Positions 37,855-46,094 of a stretch of 64,000 bases of DNA are shown here, one piece after another. Numbering within the stretch: the first letter of the stretch is position 1; the number at the start of each line of letters is the position of its first letter. The stretch comes from Rickettsiales bacterium (GTDB taxonomy: Bacteria > Pseudomonadota > Alphaproteobacteria > Rs-D84). The stretch spans positions 914 to 64,913 of the forward strand of contig JAIRRC010000012.1 of assembly GCA_031256175.1 (NCBI GenBank). The letters run 5' to 3'. The notes under the pieces are model-generated. The model ran no database searches. It was not told where the DNA came from and worked only from the letters and a program-made list of their open reading frames with translations. The position numbers and the translations under genes were made by a program.

Positions 37855-39921
37855 ATGAAGATTAAATTGTCGAAATTCATTTATAATTTCGCGCTTTGGA
37901 CGCGCCTTTTGGCGCTTACCATAGCCGCGCTCGCGGTGTCCCTTGGCATATATATATATACGACCGACCCTAACGAGTATAAGGACAGGATTGTCGCCGA
38001 AATCCAAAAATCTTCCGGCGTGTCCGTGGACAAATGGGGAAAGGTTTCCTGGGACATATCGCCGCGCCCTGTTATAGTGTTCGAGGACGTGTCGGTGTCG
38101 ATGTCCGGCGCTTCGGCCTCGCTTTCGAAATTGTCCGTCCGGATAAATCTGATTTCGCTTTTCCGCGAGCGCGTGTCGATAGAGCAGATTGCGGTAAGCG
38201 ACCTTAACCTGAATATTTCCGAAAGCCTGTCGGCCGGAGCCTCGGCGAAGGCCGGCGGCGGCGAAAGGCTAATCGAAAGAATCCCCGCGCGCGAGCTTAT
38301 ACTAAGGAATTCCAAATTGAAGTTCGGCGATGAAACCTATAATCCGCAGCTTGTCCGCATAACGATGGACAGGAAGGCCGACGGCGACCTGGCCCAGCTG
38401 AGAATCGTGTCCGGCAAGGATGTCTACGACTTGAAGGCCGTCATGGCGCCGCTTAATACCGAACGCAAAATCTATCCCATCCGCGCGACATTGACCGGCG
38501 CGGGCTTTGACCTTACGGCGGACATCGCGCTTGAAAAGACAAGCCTGGTGCCCATCGATTTCAAGCTTCGCGGCGGCGCCATGGATTCGGCGAAAACCTT
38601 CCGCAAACTGGGCTTTGATTTCCCGAAGCTTATGCCCGTCAGCATCGCGGCCGACGGCGGATTCGGGCGCAAGGATTTGAAGCTGCGCAAGCTTGAAATC
38701 AAGTCGGCGCTTCCGCGCGGCGGCAATGCGCTGGCCGTGTCCGGCGACATATCCTGGGGCGCGCCGCGCCATCGCGCGAAGTTGGATATAAAAACCGACC
38801 GGATGGTTCTGGGCGAAATTTTCCCGACCCTTTACGGCGGGACATGGAAGCGGCCCGCCCGCCCCCTGAACGTTTTCAAGGATACATCGCTGCCTGTCGA
38901 AATTCTTGAAGACTGGGACGCCGATTTGGATTTGGACGTCTTGGCTTTGGTCGTCTATCGCGAGCTTGGAATCAACAATATAAAGGCGAAGATAAAGCTT
39001 AAGGACGCCGCGTTCGGAATAAAGGCGCGGGTCATGATGGGCGGCGGCGATATAGACGCCTTCATGCGCGGCGAAATTATGGATTCCGAAATCCACGCCT
39101 ATGCGGCCGGCCTTGGCGAGCGAATCTATGTCGCGGGAATCCTGAACGAAATCGGCCAGGACAAGCTTGTGTCCGGCGTGCCGATGAATGTCGAATTCGC
39201 CGTCCGCGCGCGCGGCGCCGATTTAAGCCGGGTCTTCGCGACCCTTACAGGAAGGGCCCAGGCGCATTCCGTCGGAAGCGGATATGCCAAGAAGAAGCTG
39301 GTATCGTCCGTCTACGGCCAGGATTTCCTGACGGGCCTGGGCGGCGATTTGCGCGACCTTTTCCGCACCGACAAGGACGAGCATCAGGCCAAAATCGATT
39401 GCGTCGCGGTCAATCTTAAAGTGCGCGACGGGCTTATAGAAACGCGGAACGGCATCGCGCTCGAATCCAGCGTGTTCAATATAAACCTTGCGGGCGATTT
39501 GGATTTCGGCCGCGAAACAATCCGCATAGGCATGACTTCGCGCCCGGCAAGCGGCCTTCGCCTGAGCATAACGGGCGACCTGATAAGCCTTATGGAATTC
39601 GACGGAAGCCTGGCCGAGCCTTCGCTCAGCCTCAACACTTCCGGCCTTATAAAGAAGACGGCCTTGGGCGCGGCGGCCGGCGTCGCCAGCGGTATCGCCC
39701 TCGCGCCCTTTACCGGCGGCGCCAGCATAGTTGTCGGCGTCGCGGGCGGCTGGCTTGGCGGAAACCTGCTGTCCAGCTGGTTCGCCGACAGCCATCCGTG
39801 CGAAACCGCGATGGAAAGCGCAAGCGCGCCGCTTAAAAAATCCGACCCGCGCTTCATGCGCGTTCCTTTAAGCGAAGCGGTTTCCGAAACCGCCGCCGCC
39901 GCGGCTAAGATTCTTGATTGA
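37855..39921 (+). CDS. AsmA-family protein (second paralog)
   Basis: N-terminal TM anchor LLALTIAALAVSLGIYIY and a long periplasmic domain. 688 aa. Confidence 0.55.
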   Translation: MKIKLSKFIYNFALWTRLLALTIAALAVSLGIYIYTTDPNEYKDRIVAEIQKSSGVSVDKWGKVSWDISPRPVIVFEDVSVSMSGASASLSKLSVRINLISLFRERVSIEQIAVSDLNLNISESLSAGASAKAGGGERLIERIPARELILRNSKLKFGDETYNPQLVRITMDRKADGDLAQLRIVSGKDVYDLKAVMAPLNTERKIYPIRATLTGAGFDLTADIALEKTSLVPIDFKLRGGAMDSAKTFRKLGFDFPKLMPVSIAADGGFGRKDLKLRKLEIKSALPRGGNALAVSGDISWGAPRHRAKLDIKTDRMVLGEIFPTLYGGTWKRPARPLNVFKDTSLPVEILEDWDADLDLDVLALVVYRELGINNIKAKIKLKDAAFGIKARVMMGGGDIDAFMRGEIMDSEIHAYAAGLGERIYVAGILNEIGQDKLVSGVPMNVEFAVRARGADLSRVFATLTGRAQAHSVGSGYAKKKLVSSVYGQDFLTGLGGDLRDLFRTDKDEHQAKIDCVAVNLKVRDGLIETRNGIALESSVFNINLAGDLDFGRETIRIGMTSRPASGLRLSITGDLISLMEFDGSLAEPSLSLNTSGLIKKTALGAAAGVASGIALAPFTGGASIVVGVAGGWLGGNLLSSWFADSHPCETAMESASAPLKKSDPRFMRVPLSEAVSETAAAAAKILD

Positions 39922-39981
39922 ACCCAGCCCGAAAATATGGTATAATTCCGCATAGGGAATTACCAGGTTAGGGGGCGTATT

Positions 39982-41610
39982 ATGCAAAAAAAGATAGTAT
40001 TCGGAATCATCGGCGCCATGGCGTTTTCGGCGCAGGTTCATGCGGCGGGCGTGGAAGCCGGCCGGGCCGTTCTTCGCGGCGCGCCCATGCCGGCCGGAAA
40101 TAACGCCAATCTGGCGGACATAGTCCGCGCGAGCGCCGCCGCCAATGTCCGCGCGCCGGGCGACGTCCAGGTCGTGAACCCGAACACCGGAAACATAATG
40201 ACCGAAAGCTTTTTGGCCGACGGCACCATCCTTTACACCGACCCCGTAACGGGTGAAAAATTCGTCATGGCCGGCGGCAAGCTTGTCGCCTATATGGACG
40301 AGGACGACCGCATGGTCCCGGCGCTTAACGTGAACGTCGGCACCGCGCGAAACGTTTGCAACGCCATCGAAGCATACGGCTATCAGGGCGAATTCAACGA
40401 GCTTACGTATGAGTGCATGGTGCCGATAGTCGCGGTCGGAACCGGCGGAAAGATTAGCAGCGGCGACGGCGACGCGGTCGCTTTCTATCCCTTCGGTTCC
40501 TATGTGAAGTGCGACGCCGGCATGTTCGACACCATCAGCGTCATGCGCAGGAATTCCCAATATATCGTTCCCGCGATGATTGTGGGCGGCGGCCTTGCGG
40601 GCGCCGGCATCGGACTTGCGGTCGATAAATATCAGGAAGGCCAGGCCAAGAAAAAAGTCGACGCCAACGCGGCCGCCGCTGGCGCCGAGGCCGGTGTCGC
40701 CGCGGCTTCGTCCGGCTCCAAGCTTTCCACCAAGCAGGATTTCCTTGCCGAGATTGAAAGAATCAAAAAACAGATGGACGCCAACGACACGACTTTCTGG
40801 TGCGCGTCCTTGCCGCGCGACGTCGCGAATAATATAAAGAGCACGATGGCCGCCGGAACCACATGGAACTGCATAGCCCAGTCGGAGCTTAAATATCCGA
40901 ACCAGGGCGACGCCTTCATGTTCGACGTGATAGCGGGCAACCTGAACAATGCGAAGGATATGCTCAGCAGAACCAACCGGGAATGCCAGCCCGCTTTGGA
41001 TATAATGAATTATATAAACAACACCGCGAAGTTCGAATACGCGCCAAGCATTAAATGCGCCGGAAAGACCGGGCCCGCGGTTACCATCAAATATAGCGTC
41101 GACGGCCAATGGAAATACTTCGGCGACAACGAGATACTGGAAGGCAAGCGCCGCGCGAACGAAATGTCGTCTAAGCTCGAAGCTTTGGTGAAGAATCTTC
41201 CGCCGGTCGGAAACTTCGACAAGGCGCAGTATATGGCAGACAGGGCGAACAGGGTTAACGAGCTTAAACTGCTCGAACCGCAAATCGCCGGTTCTAACCT
41301 CAGCCAATCCGAGAAGAACGACCTTTATATAATCATAAACGACCTGTCCAAGCTGTATATAAAGCAGGACGGCGAGAAGCAGTCCATCTTCGGAAAGATT
41401 TGGGACAGCAATGTCGGCAGGGGCGCCATACTCGGAACCGCCGTCGGCGCGGTCGCCGGCACGGCCTATTTCTTCTACGAGGGCGCGAACACCAAATGCG
41501 ACATCGGCGGATTCAAGTCCATCGGCCTTGACGACACCTTCCGCATGCCGAGCTTCCGCGACTTCATCCAAACCAATATGCCGGCCGTTCTTCCCGAGCC
41601 CGAAATATAG
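39982..41610 (+). CDS. Large secreted/membrane protein of unknown function (542 aa)
   Basis: Sec signal peptide MQKKIVFGIIGAMAFSAQVHA and two internal Gly-rich hydrophobic segments. No recognisable domain. Confidence 0.45.
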   Translation: MQKKIVFGIIGAMAFSAQVHAAGVEAGRAVLRGAPMPAGNNANLADIVRASAAANVRAPGDVQVVNPNTGNIMTESFLADGTILYTDPVTGEKFVMAGGKLVAYMDEDDRMVPALNVNVGTARNVCNAIEAYGYQGEFNELTYECMVPIVAVGTGGKISSGDGDAVAFYPFGSYVKCDAGMFDTISVMRRNSQYIVPAMIVGGGLAGAGIGLAVDKYQEGQAKKKVDANAAAAGAEAGVAAASSGSKLSTKQDFLAEIERIKKQMDANDTTFWCASLPRDVANNIKSTMAAGTTWNCIAQSELKYPNQGDAFMFDVIAGNLNNAKDMLSRTNRECQPALDIMNYINNTAKFEYAPSIKCAGKTGPAVTIKYSVDGQWKYFGDNEILEGKRRANEMSSKLEALVKNLPPVGNFDKAQYMADRANRVNELKLLEPQIAGSNLSQSEKNDLYIIINDLSKLYIKQDGEKQSIFGKIWDSNVGRGAILGTAVGAVAGTAYFFYEGANTKCDIGGFKSIGLDDTFRMPSFRDFIQTNMPAVLPEPEI

Positions 41611-41612
41611 TC

Positions 41613-41636
41613 GTCATGCTGGCGCAGGCCAGCATC
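41613..41636. repeat. Palindromic element GTCATGCTGGC-GCAG-GCCAGCATC (variant of the GTCATNCCGAC family with compensatory stem changes)
   Basis: Same outer GTCATGC..GCATC as the 45123 copy, with the inner stem exchanged (ctggc/gccag versus ccgac/gtcgg). Followed by a terminator hairpin and element C. Confidence 0.65.
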
Positions 41637-41648
41637 CAGTTATAGAGC

Positions 41649-41676
41649 GTCGGCCGGAAGGCCGACTTCTTTTTTA
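41649..41676 (+). terminator. Rho-independent terminator after the 542-aa gene
   Basis: gtcggcc-ggaa-ggccgac followed by TTCTTTTTT. Confidence 0.7.
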
Positions 41677-41681
41677 CTGGA

Positions 41682-41705
41682 CCCTGGCTTTCGCCAGGGT
41701 GACGG
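41682..41705. repeat. Palindromic element CCCTGGC-TTTC-GCCAGGGTGACG (element C)
   Basis: Second copy CCCTGAC-CTTA-GTCAGGGTGACG at 45192-45215, again with compensatory stem changes. Confidence 0.65.
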
Positions 41706-41789
41706 ATGGGGTGTCAAGCGCAATTTTTCCGCGCTTGCAATCCTGTTTTTCTATGCTATTATTCAATTCCAAGAAAGGAAAGAAACGAT

Positions 41790-42743
41790 ATGTCAAAAAT
41801 GCTAGTTTTTCCTGGCCAAGGCAGCCAGTTCGTCGGCATGGGTAAAGACCTTGCCGATAAATTCGACGTCGCCAAAAACGTCTTCGCCGAAGTCGACGAC
41901 GCGCTGGGCCAGGACCTGTCCAAGATAATGTTCGACGGAAGCATGGAAGAACTTACCCTTACCGCCAATTCCCAGCCAGCAATCATGGCCGTGTCCATCG
42001 CCGTCCTTAAAGTTTGGATGAACCTTTCGGGCCGCACCATCCGCGACGCTTTCGCTTATGTCGCGGGGCATTCGCTCGGCGAATACACGGCGCTTTGCGC
42101 CGCGGGCTCGTTGTCCCTTCATGACACCGCGAAATTATTGCGCCTGCGCGGCGAAGCCATGCAGCGCGCCGTGCCCGTCGGCCAGGGCGCTATGGCGGTT
42201 CTGCTCGGACTCGACATAGAATCGGTTCAGAAAATCTGCCGCGCTTCGTCCGATTTGGATTTTGGCGTTTGCGATTTGGCGAACGACAATGCGCCCGGCC
42301 AGGTCGTGGTTAGCGGTTCCAAGCCCGCCGTCGACAAAGCCATCGAGCTTGCCAAAGAAGCGGGCGCCAAGCGCGCCATGCTGTTGCCGCTTTCGGTGCC
42401 GCCGCATTCGTCGCTTATGGAGAACGCGCGCATGGAGATGGAAGCCGCGCTTGCCGACATAGTTCTTGTGCCGCCGATTGTCCCGATGATTTCCAACCGC
42501 ACCGCCCAGCCCGTTTTCAATTCGGAAGAAATCAAAAATCTTCTGGTGCAGCAGATGGTGAAGGGCGTTCGCTGGCGCGAAACTATTTTGAACGCGGCCG
42601 AGCTCGGCGTCGACGAAGTCGTCGAATTCGGTCCGGGCAAAGTCCTGACCGGACTTGCGCCGCGCATATCCGAAGGCATGAAGGCCGAAGCTGTCGGCAC
42701 GCCCGATGACATCAAGAATTTCATAGGAGAACAGAATGTTTGA
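41790..42743 (+). CDS. fabD: Malonyl CoA-ACP transacylase
   Basis: Start at MSKMLVFPGQGSQ with RBS aaggaaagaaacg. Active-site GHSLGEYTAL. Confidence 0.9.
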   Translation: MSKMLVFPGQGSQFVGMGKDLADKFDVAKNVFAEVDDALGQDLSKIMFDGSMEELTLTANSQPAIMAVSIAVLKVWMNLSGRTIRDAFAYVAGHSLGEYTALCAAGSLSLHDTAKLLRLRGEAMQRAVPVGQGAMAVLLGLDIESVQKICRASSDLDFGVCDLANDNAPGQVVVSGSKPAVDKAIELAKEAGAKRAMLLPLSVPPHSSLMENARMEMEAALADIVLVPPIVPMISNRTAQPVFNSEEIKNLLVQQMVKGVRWRETILNAAELGVDEVVEFGPGKVLTGLAPRISEGMKAEAVGTPDDIKNFIGEQNV

Positions 42744-43473
42744 TTTGACTGGAAAAGTCGCGCTTATAACGGGCGCCACAGGTGGAATCGGCGAAGGCAT
42801 AGCGCGCGCTATGCACGCGGCCGGCGCGGCCGTCGTCTTGACCGGGCGGAAACTCGACAAGTTGGAATCGCTTAAAGCGGAGCTCGGCGACCGCGCGTTT
42901 TTAATCGCGGCCGACTTGTCGGACGCGGCCGCCGCTGAAAAGCTTGTCGCCGATTCGATTGCCGCCGCGGGCCGCCTTGATATTCTTGTGAACAATGCGG
43001 GCATGACAAAGGACGGCCTGATGATGCGCATGAAGGACGAAGATTTCTTCGAAGTCCTTAATGTGAACCTTGGCTCCGCCTTTCGTCTTTCGAAGGCCGC
43101 GGTTTCGCCGATGATGAAGAACCGCTTCGGCCGAATCATCAATATAACTTCCGTCGTCGGCACCATGGGCAACGCCGGTCAGGCGAATTACGCCGCGTCG
43201 AAGGGCGCCATAACCGCTATGACAAAATCCGTCGCGACGGAAGTCGCCAGCCGCGGCATAACCGCGAACTGCATAGCGCCGGGCTTCATAAAAACCGCTA
43301 TGACGGATGTCTTGTCGGACGATATAAAAAATCTTATGTTGAAACAGATTCCGGCCGGCAGATTCGGCGAACCCGCCGATATAGCCGCCGCCGCCGTGTT
43401 TTTGGCGTCGGGCGAAGCGTCCTATATCACGGGCCAAACCATCCATGTCAACGGCGGAATGCTGAGGGTTTAA
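42736..43473 (+). CDS. fabG: 3-oxoacyl-ACP reductase
   Basis: SDR motif TGATGGIG plus the YxxxK catalytic pair. 245 aa, overlapping fabD by 8 nt. Confidence 0.9.
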   Translation: MFDLTGKVALITGATGGIGEGIARAMHAAGAAVVLTGRKLDKLESLKAELGDRAFLIAADLSDAAAAEKLVADSIAAAGRLDILVNNAGMTKDGLMMRMKDEDFFEVLNVNLGSAFRLSKAAVSPMMKNRFGRIINITSVVGTMGNAGQANYAASKGAITAMTKSVATEVASRGITANCIAPGFIKTAMTDVLSDDIKNLMLKQIPAGRFGEPADIAAAAVFLASGEASYITGQTIHVNGGMLRV

Positions 43474-43474
43474 T

Positions 43475-43819
43475 ATGATGAAAAAACTTCTGATATTTTC
43501 TTTTATTGCGGCTTTCGCGTTCGGCGCTTCGGCCGAAGAATGCAACGAAACCAACTGCTACGCCGACGTTTCCGAATCCGGAATCAATCCGGCGCAAGTC
43601 AGAAGGATTCCCGGCAGCATGCCGCCCGAATGCGAAGTCGACGCCGGCATCGCCAATATGTATGGCGTCATCGACCGGAATTTTTCCGGCGAGGAAAGGG
43701 ACTTCGAAATCGCGGTTTTCAAGAGCGAGCTTAGAAGCATATGCTGCCCGGACCATTCGGACGAGAATATAATTCTGCTGTTCGAAGGCGTGGACAACCG
43801 CGTCCAATGCGCGGAGTAA
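43475..43819 (+). CDS. Small secreted cysteine-rich protein, unknown function
   Basis: Signal peptide MMKKLLIFSFIAAFAFGASA and seven Cys residues. It occupies the slot where acpP usually follows fabG. Confidence 0.4.
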   Translation: MMKKLLIFSFIAAFAFGASAEECNETNCYADVSESGINPAQVRRIPGSMPPECEVDAGIANMYGVIDRNFSGEERDFEIAVFKSELRSICCPDHSDENIILLFEGVDNRVQCAE

Positions 43820-43873
43820 TCCCGGTTTATTTATCCTTGCAATCTGGCTCTGCGCGGTTATAATTCATGCACT

Positions 43874-43960
43874 GCGGATATGGCGGAACTGGTAGACGCG
43901 CTAGTTTCAGGTACTAGTGAACGCAAGTTCATGGAGGTTCGAGTCCTCTTATCCGCACCA
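43874..43960 (+). tRNA. tRNA-Leu (anticodon CAG), class II with a long variable arm
   Basis: Hand-folded cloverleaf: acceptor GCGGATA/TATCCGC, anticodon stem CTAGT/ACTAG with loop TTCAGGT, long variable arm, T-loop GTTCGAGT, 3' CCA encoded. Confidence 0.85.
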
Positions 43961-43978
43961 TTTTTGTCTGTTTTTACT

Positions 43979-44053
43979 GGCCCCATCGTCTAGCGGTTAG
44001 GACGCAAGATTCTCATTCTTGAAACCCGGGTTCGATTCCCGGTGGGGTCGCCA
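43979..44053 (+). tRNA. tRNA-Glu (anticodon CTC)
   Basis: Acceptor GGCCCCA/TGGGGTC (one G-U pair), anticodon stem CAAGA/TCTTG with loop TTCTCAT, T-arm CCGGGTTCGATTCCCGG, CCA encoded. Confidence 0.8.
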
Positions 44054-44060
44054 AAAAATC

Positions 44061-44090
44061 AAATCGCGCGAAAGCGCGGTTTTATTTTTT
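44061..44090 (+). terminator. Terminator after tRNA-Glu
   Basis: aaatcgcgcg-aaa-gcgcggttt hairpin followed by ATTTTTT. Confidence 0.65.
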
Positions 44091-44191
44091 GCCCCCGGGA
44101 AGCGAACCCGGAGGGTTCGACAATGAGTCAGCGAAAACGAGCTTGCGAAGTTTGAGCTGGGACGATTGCCGCGCAGGTGCGAAGCACCGAG

Positions 44192-44216
44192 CGAATCCCG
44201 GTGGGGTCGCCAAAAA
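44192..44216. repeat. Direct repeat of the tRNA-Glu 3' end (25/26 nt: CGAATCCCGGTGGGGTCGCCAAAAA), att-like scar
   Basis: Near-identical to 44033-44058 inside tRNA-Glu, about 135 nt downstream. No cloverleaf upstream of it, so it is not a second tRNA. Confidence 0.7.
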
Positions 44217-44480
44217 TCACTTCTTCTTGTTTTTATCTTCGTCGTTGACCAGTGAAAAAAGCGTTGCGGTTATAAGCGTCTGATACGGGACGCCTTTCGC
44301 CGCCGCAAGCTGTTTCAGCTTGTCGGCGACCGCGCCCGGTATCCGCATATTGATTACCGAATCGCTTTTGTTGAACGCGCGGTAGACGGCGTAGTCCTTC
44401 AAAATATCGTCGCTGTTCATCAGGAAAAGTTGTTGGAGCATATTCGGCATGACCCATGTTTTATACAACAAGTTTTCCAA
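44217..44480 (-). CDS. Ribbon-helix-helix (CopG/antitoxin-like) DNA-binding protein
   Basis: C-terminal INMRIPGAVADKLKQLAAAKGVPYQTLI matches the RHH beta-alpha-alpha pattern. Palindromes sit in its promoter region. Note: my hand indexing around 44455-44462 did not reproduce the tracked frame exactly, so the start codon is uncertain. Confidence 0.45.
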   Translation of the reverse strand: MENLLYKTWVMPNMLQQLFLMNSDDILKDYAVYRAFNKSDSVINMRIPGAVADKLKQLAAAKGVPYQTLITATLFSLVNDEDKNKKK

Positions 44481-44486
44481 ATGTCA

Positions 44487-44515
44487 ATAGATTTATCTAT
44501 ACAAATGTATATACA
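44487..44515. promoter_or_regulatory. Candidate operator: two palindromes ATAGAT-TT-ATCTAT and TGTATATACA in the divergent RHH / DUF2147 intergenic region
   Basis: Perfect inverted repeats in an AT-rich 97-nt intergenic region immediately upstream of the RHH gene start. Confidence 0.35.
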
Positions 44516-44577
44516 ATGAATTTCTGGATTTCCCGCGGCTTTCGGGTATTATTGCCCTAACAAAAAAGGAGTATGTC

Positions 44578-45117
44578 ATGCAGAAGATTTTAACCGCCGC
44601 TTTCGCGGTTTTTATGGCGACCAACGCTTTCGCTACGACCGAACCGGCCGATGTGAAATTCCCTGTGAAGGGATTTTGGAAAACGATAGACGACAAGACG
44701 GGCAATGCGAAATCCATCGTGCGCTTGTATGATTGCGGAGAAAATCTTTGCGGCCGCATAGTCGCGATTTTCAATGTCGAGGGAACCGCCGTCGCCGAAA
44801 CATTGTCCGCGCCGGTGAAGGTCGCCGAAGACGTGAAGGGCAAGCCCAAAATGGTCGGCCTTGATATAATCTGGGACATGGAATGGAACGGAACCGAATG
44901 GAAGGGCGGAAAAATCCTGGACCCGAAATCGGGCAGCGTTTATTCGTCCGTCATTTGGCAGACCAAGGAAGACGTCGACTTCAACCAGCTTCAAGTCCGC
45001 GGGAAAATCGGCCCATTCGGCCGCACCCAGATGTGGAACGCGATGGAAGTGAAGGAACTTCCGAAAGATTTGCAAAAAATCGACGTGTCCGTTTGGACGC
45101 CGGTTATTGTGAAATAA
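44578..45117 (+). CDS. Secreted DUF2147-family protein
   Basis: Signal peptide, then GFWKTIDDKTGNAKSIVRLYDCGENLCGRIVAI matching the DUF2147 signature (GxWxxxDDKTGxxKSxVxIYxxxxxLxGKIV). Confidence 0.6.
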   Translation: MQKILTAAFAVFMATNAFATTEPADVKFPVKGFWKTIDDKTGNAKSIVRLYDCGENLCGRIVAIFNVEGTAVAETLSAPVKVAEDVKGKPKMVGLDIIWDMEWNGTEWKGGKILDPKSGSVYSSVIWQTKEDVDFNQLQVRGKIGPFGRTQMWNAMEVKELPKDLQKIDVSVWTPVIVK

Positions 45118-45122
45118 AAATT

Positions 45123-45146
45123 GTCATGCCGACGGAGGTCGGCATC
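45123..45146. repeat. Palindromic element GTCATGCCGAC-GGAG-GTCGGCATC (family copy)
   Basis: 10-bp stem. Followed by a 45-nt AT-rich palindrome (TCAAATTGT...ACAATTTGA) and element C. Confidence 0.7.
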
Positions 45147-45191
45147 TCAAATTGTAAATATCCTTATAATAATGAATTATACAATTTGAGA

Positions 45192-45215
45192 CCCTGACCT
45201 TAGTCAGGGTGACGA
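45192..45215. repeat. Palindromic element CCCTGAC-CTTA-GTCAGGGTGACG (element C copy)
   Basis: See 41682-41705. Confidence 0.65.
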
Positions 45216-45221
45216 ATTAAA

Positions 45222-45812
45222 TTATATCGGTTTGCTGATGAATTTATTTCCCTTTATGACGAACCGCCAGGGAAGCGCGGCGTCTTTGCCCGCATAATCG
45301 ACGCCGATTCTTTTTCCGCTGGCCGCCGGAAATTTTTTCGGCGACGCTTCCAGCCAAATCACAGCGCCTTCCAAATCTTCGCCGTTGTGCTTCCGCGTTA
45401 TCCCAAGCGCTTGCGTCAGTTTCGCCGGCCCGTTGCAAAGGTTTTTTTCGTCCCGGATTTTTCTGCGCGCCTTCATCGTTTCCAATCCGTCAATCGGTTC
45501 CAAAGCGCGAATCAATATCGCGTTCGCTTCGCCGGCTTTGCTTATCACGACATTCATCATATGGTGCATTCCATAGACGAAATAGACGTATGCGAATCCG
45601 CCCGGGCCGAACATGACCGCGTTGCGCGGAGTTTTCCCGCGCCATGCATGGCAGGCCTTGTCGCCGCGTCCCGTATATAGTTCCAATTCCACTATGCGCC
45701 CGCTGGTCGGTTTTCCGCCGATGTTCGAATGCAATGTCGCGCCCAGCAAATTTTTCGCTACATGAAACGGGTCCTTCAAAAATTCGGATTTTTTTATTTT
45801 CATTTTTCCCAT
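45222..45812 (-). CDS. mpg: DNA-3-methyladenine glycosylase, Mpg/AAG family
   Basis: HVAKNLLGATL...RIVELELYTG...GGFAYVYFVYGMHHMMNVV is the AAG-family core. Start taken at MGKMKIKK. Confidence 0.8.
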   Translation of the reverse strand: MGKMKIKKSEFLKDPFHVAKNLLGATLHSNIGGKPTSGRIVELELYTGRGDKACHAWRGKTPRNAVMFGPGGFAYVYFVYGMHHMMNVVISKAGEANAILIRALEPIDGLETMKARRKIRDEKNLCNGPAKLTQALGITRKHNGEDLEGAVIWLEASPKKFPAASGKRIGVDYAGKDAALPWRFVIKGNKFISKPI

Positions 45813-45856
45813 GGGTCCCCGCAAACCCGCCCGGAACGGGTTGGGTTTGTGGGGCG
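45811..45856. repeat. 45-nt palindromic element CCCCGCAAACCC-GCCCGGAACGGG-TTGGGTTTGTGGGG (copy 2 of 2)
   Basis: Homologous to 6378-6422 with paired compensatory substitutions (T.A to C.G, A.T to C.G, one G.T wobble). It abuts the mpg start on the minus strand. Confidence 0.7.
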
Positions 45857-46094
45857 TGATTCCTATTGAGAGGATGGCCGCGCCGCGCTAAGATTTCAAG
45901 GCAAAAAAGGAGCGCCTATGTCCTTCAAGGAAATAATGGAAATTGTCGCATTGACCATGACGATTACCATATCGTCCTTCGCGCTGCTTGGAATTTTCGC
46001 CGCGCACAAAAAAGGATTCTTCAAGTCCGTCCACACCATCGTCGACTATTACCGCGAATTCATAGAGCGCGAGAAAAAGCCGCGCGGCCGCCGC

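Noticed and set aside
44033-44216. Interpreting the duplicated tRNA-Glu end as a second tRNA gene or tRNA pseudogene.
   Set aside because: Only the last ~25 nt are duplicated. The upstream sequence does not fold into D, anticodon or T arms. This fits an att-site duplication instead.
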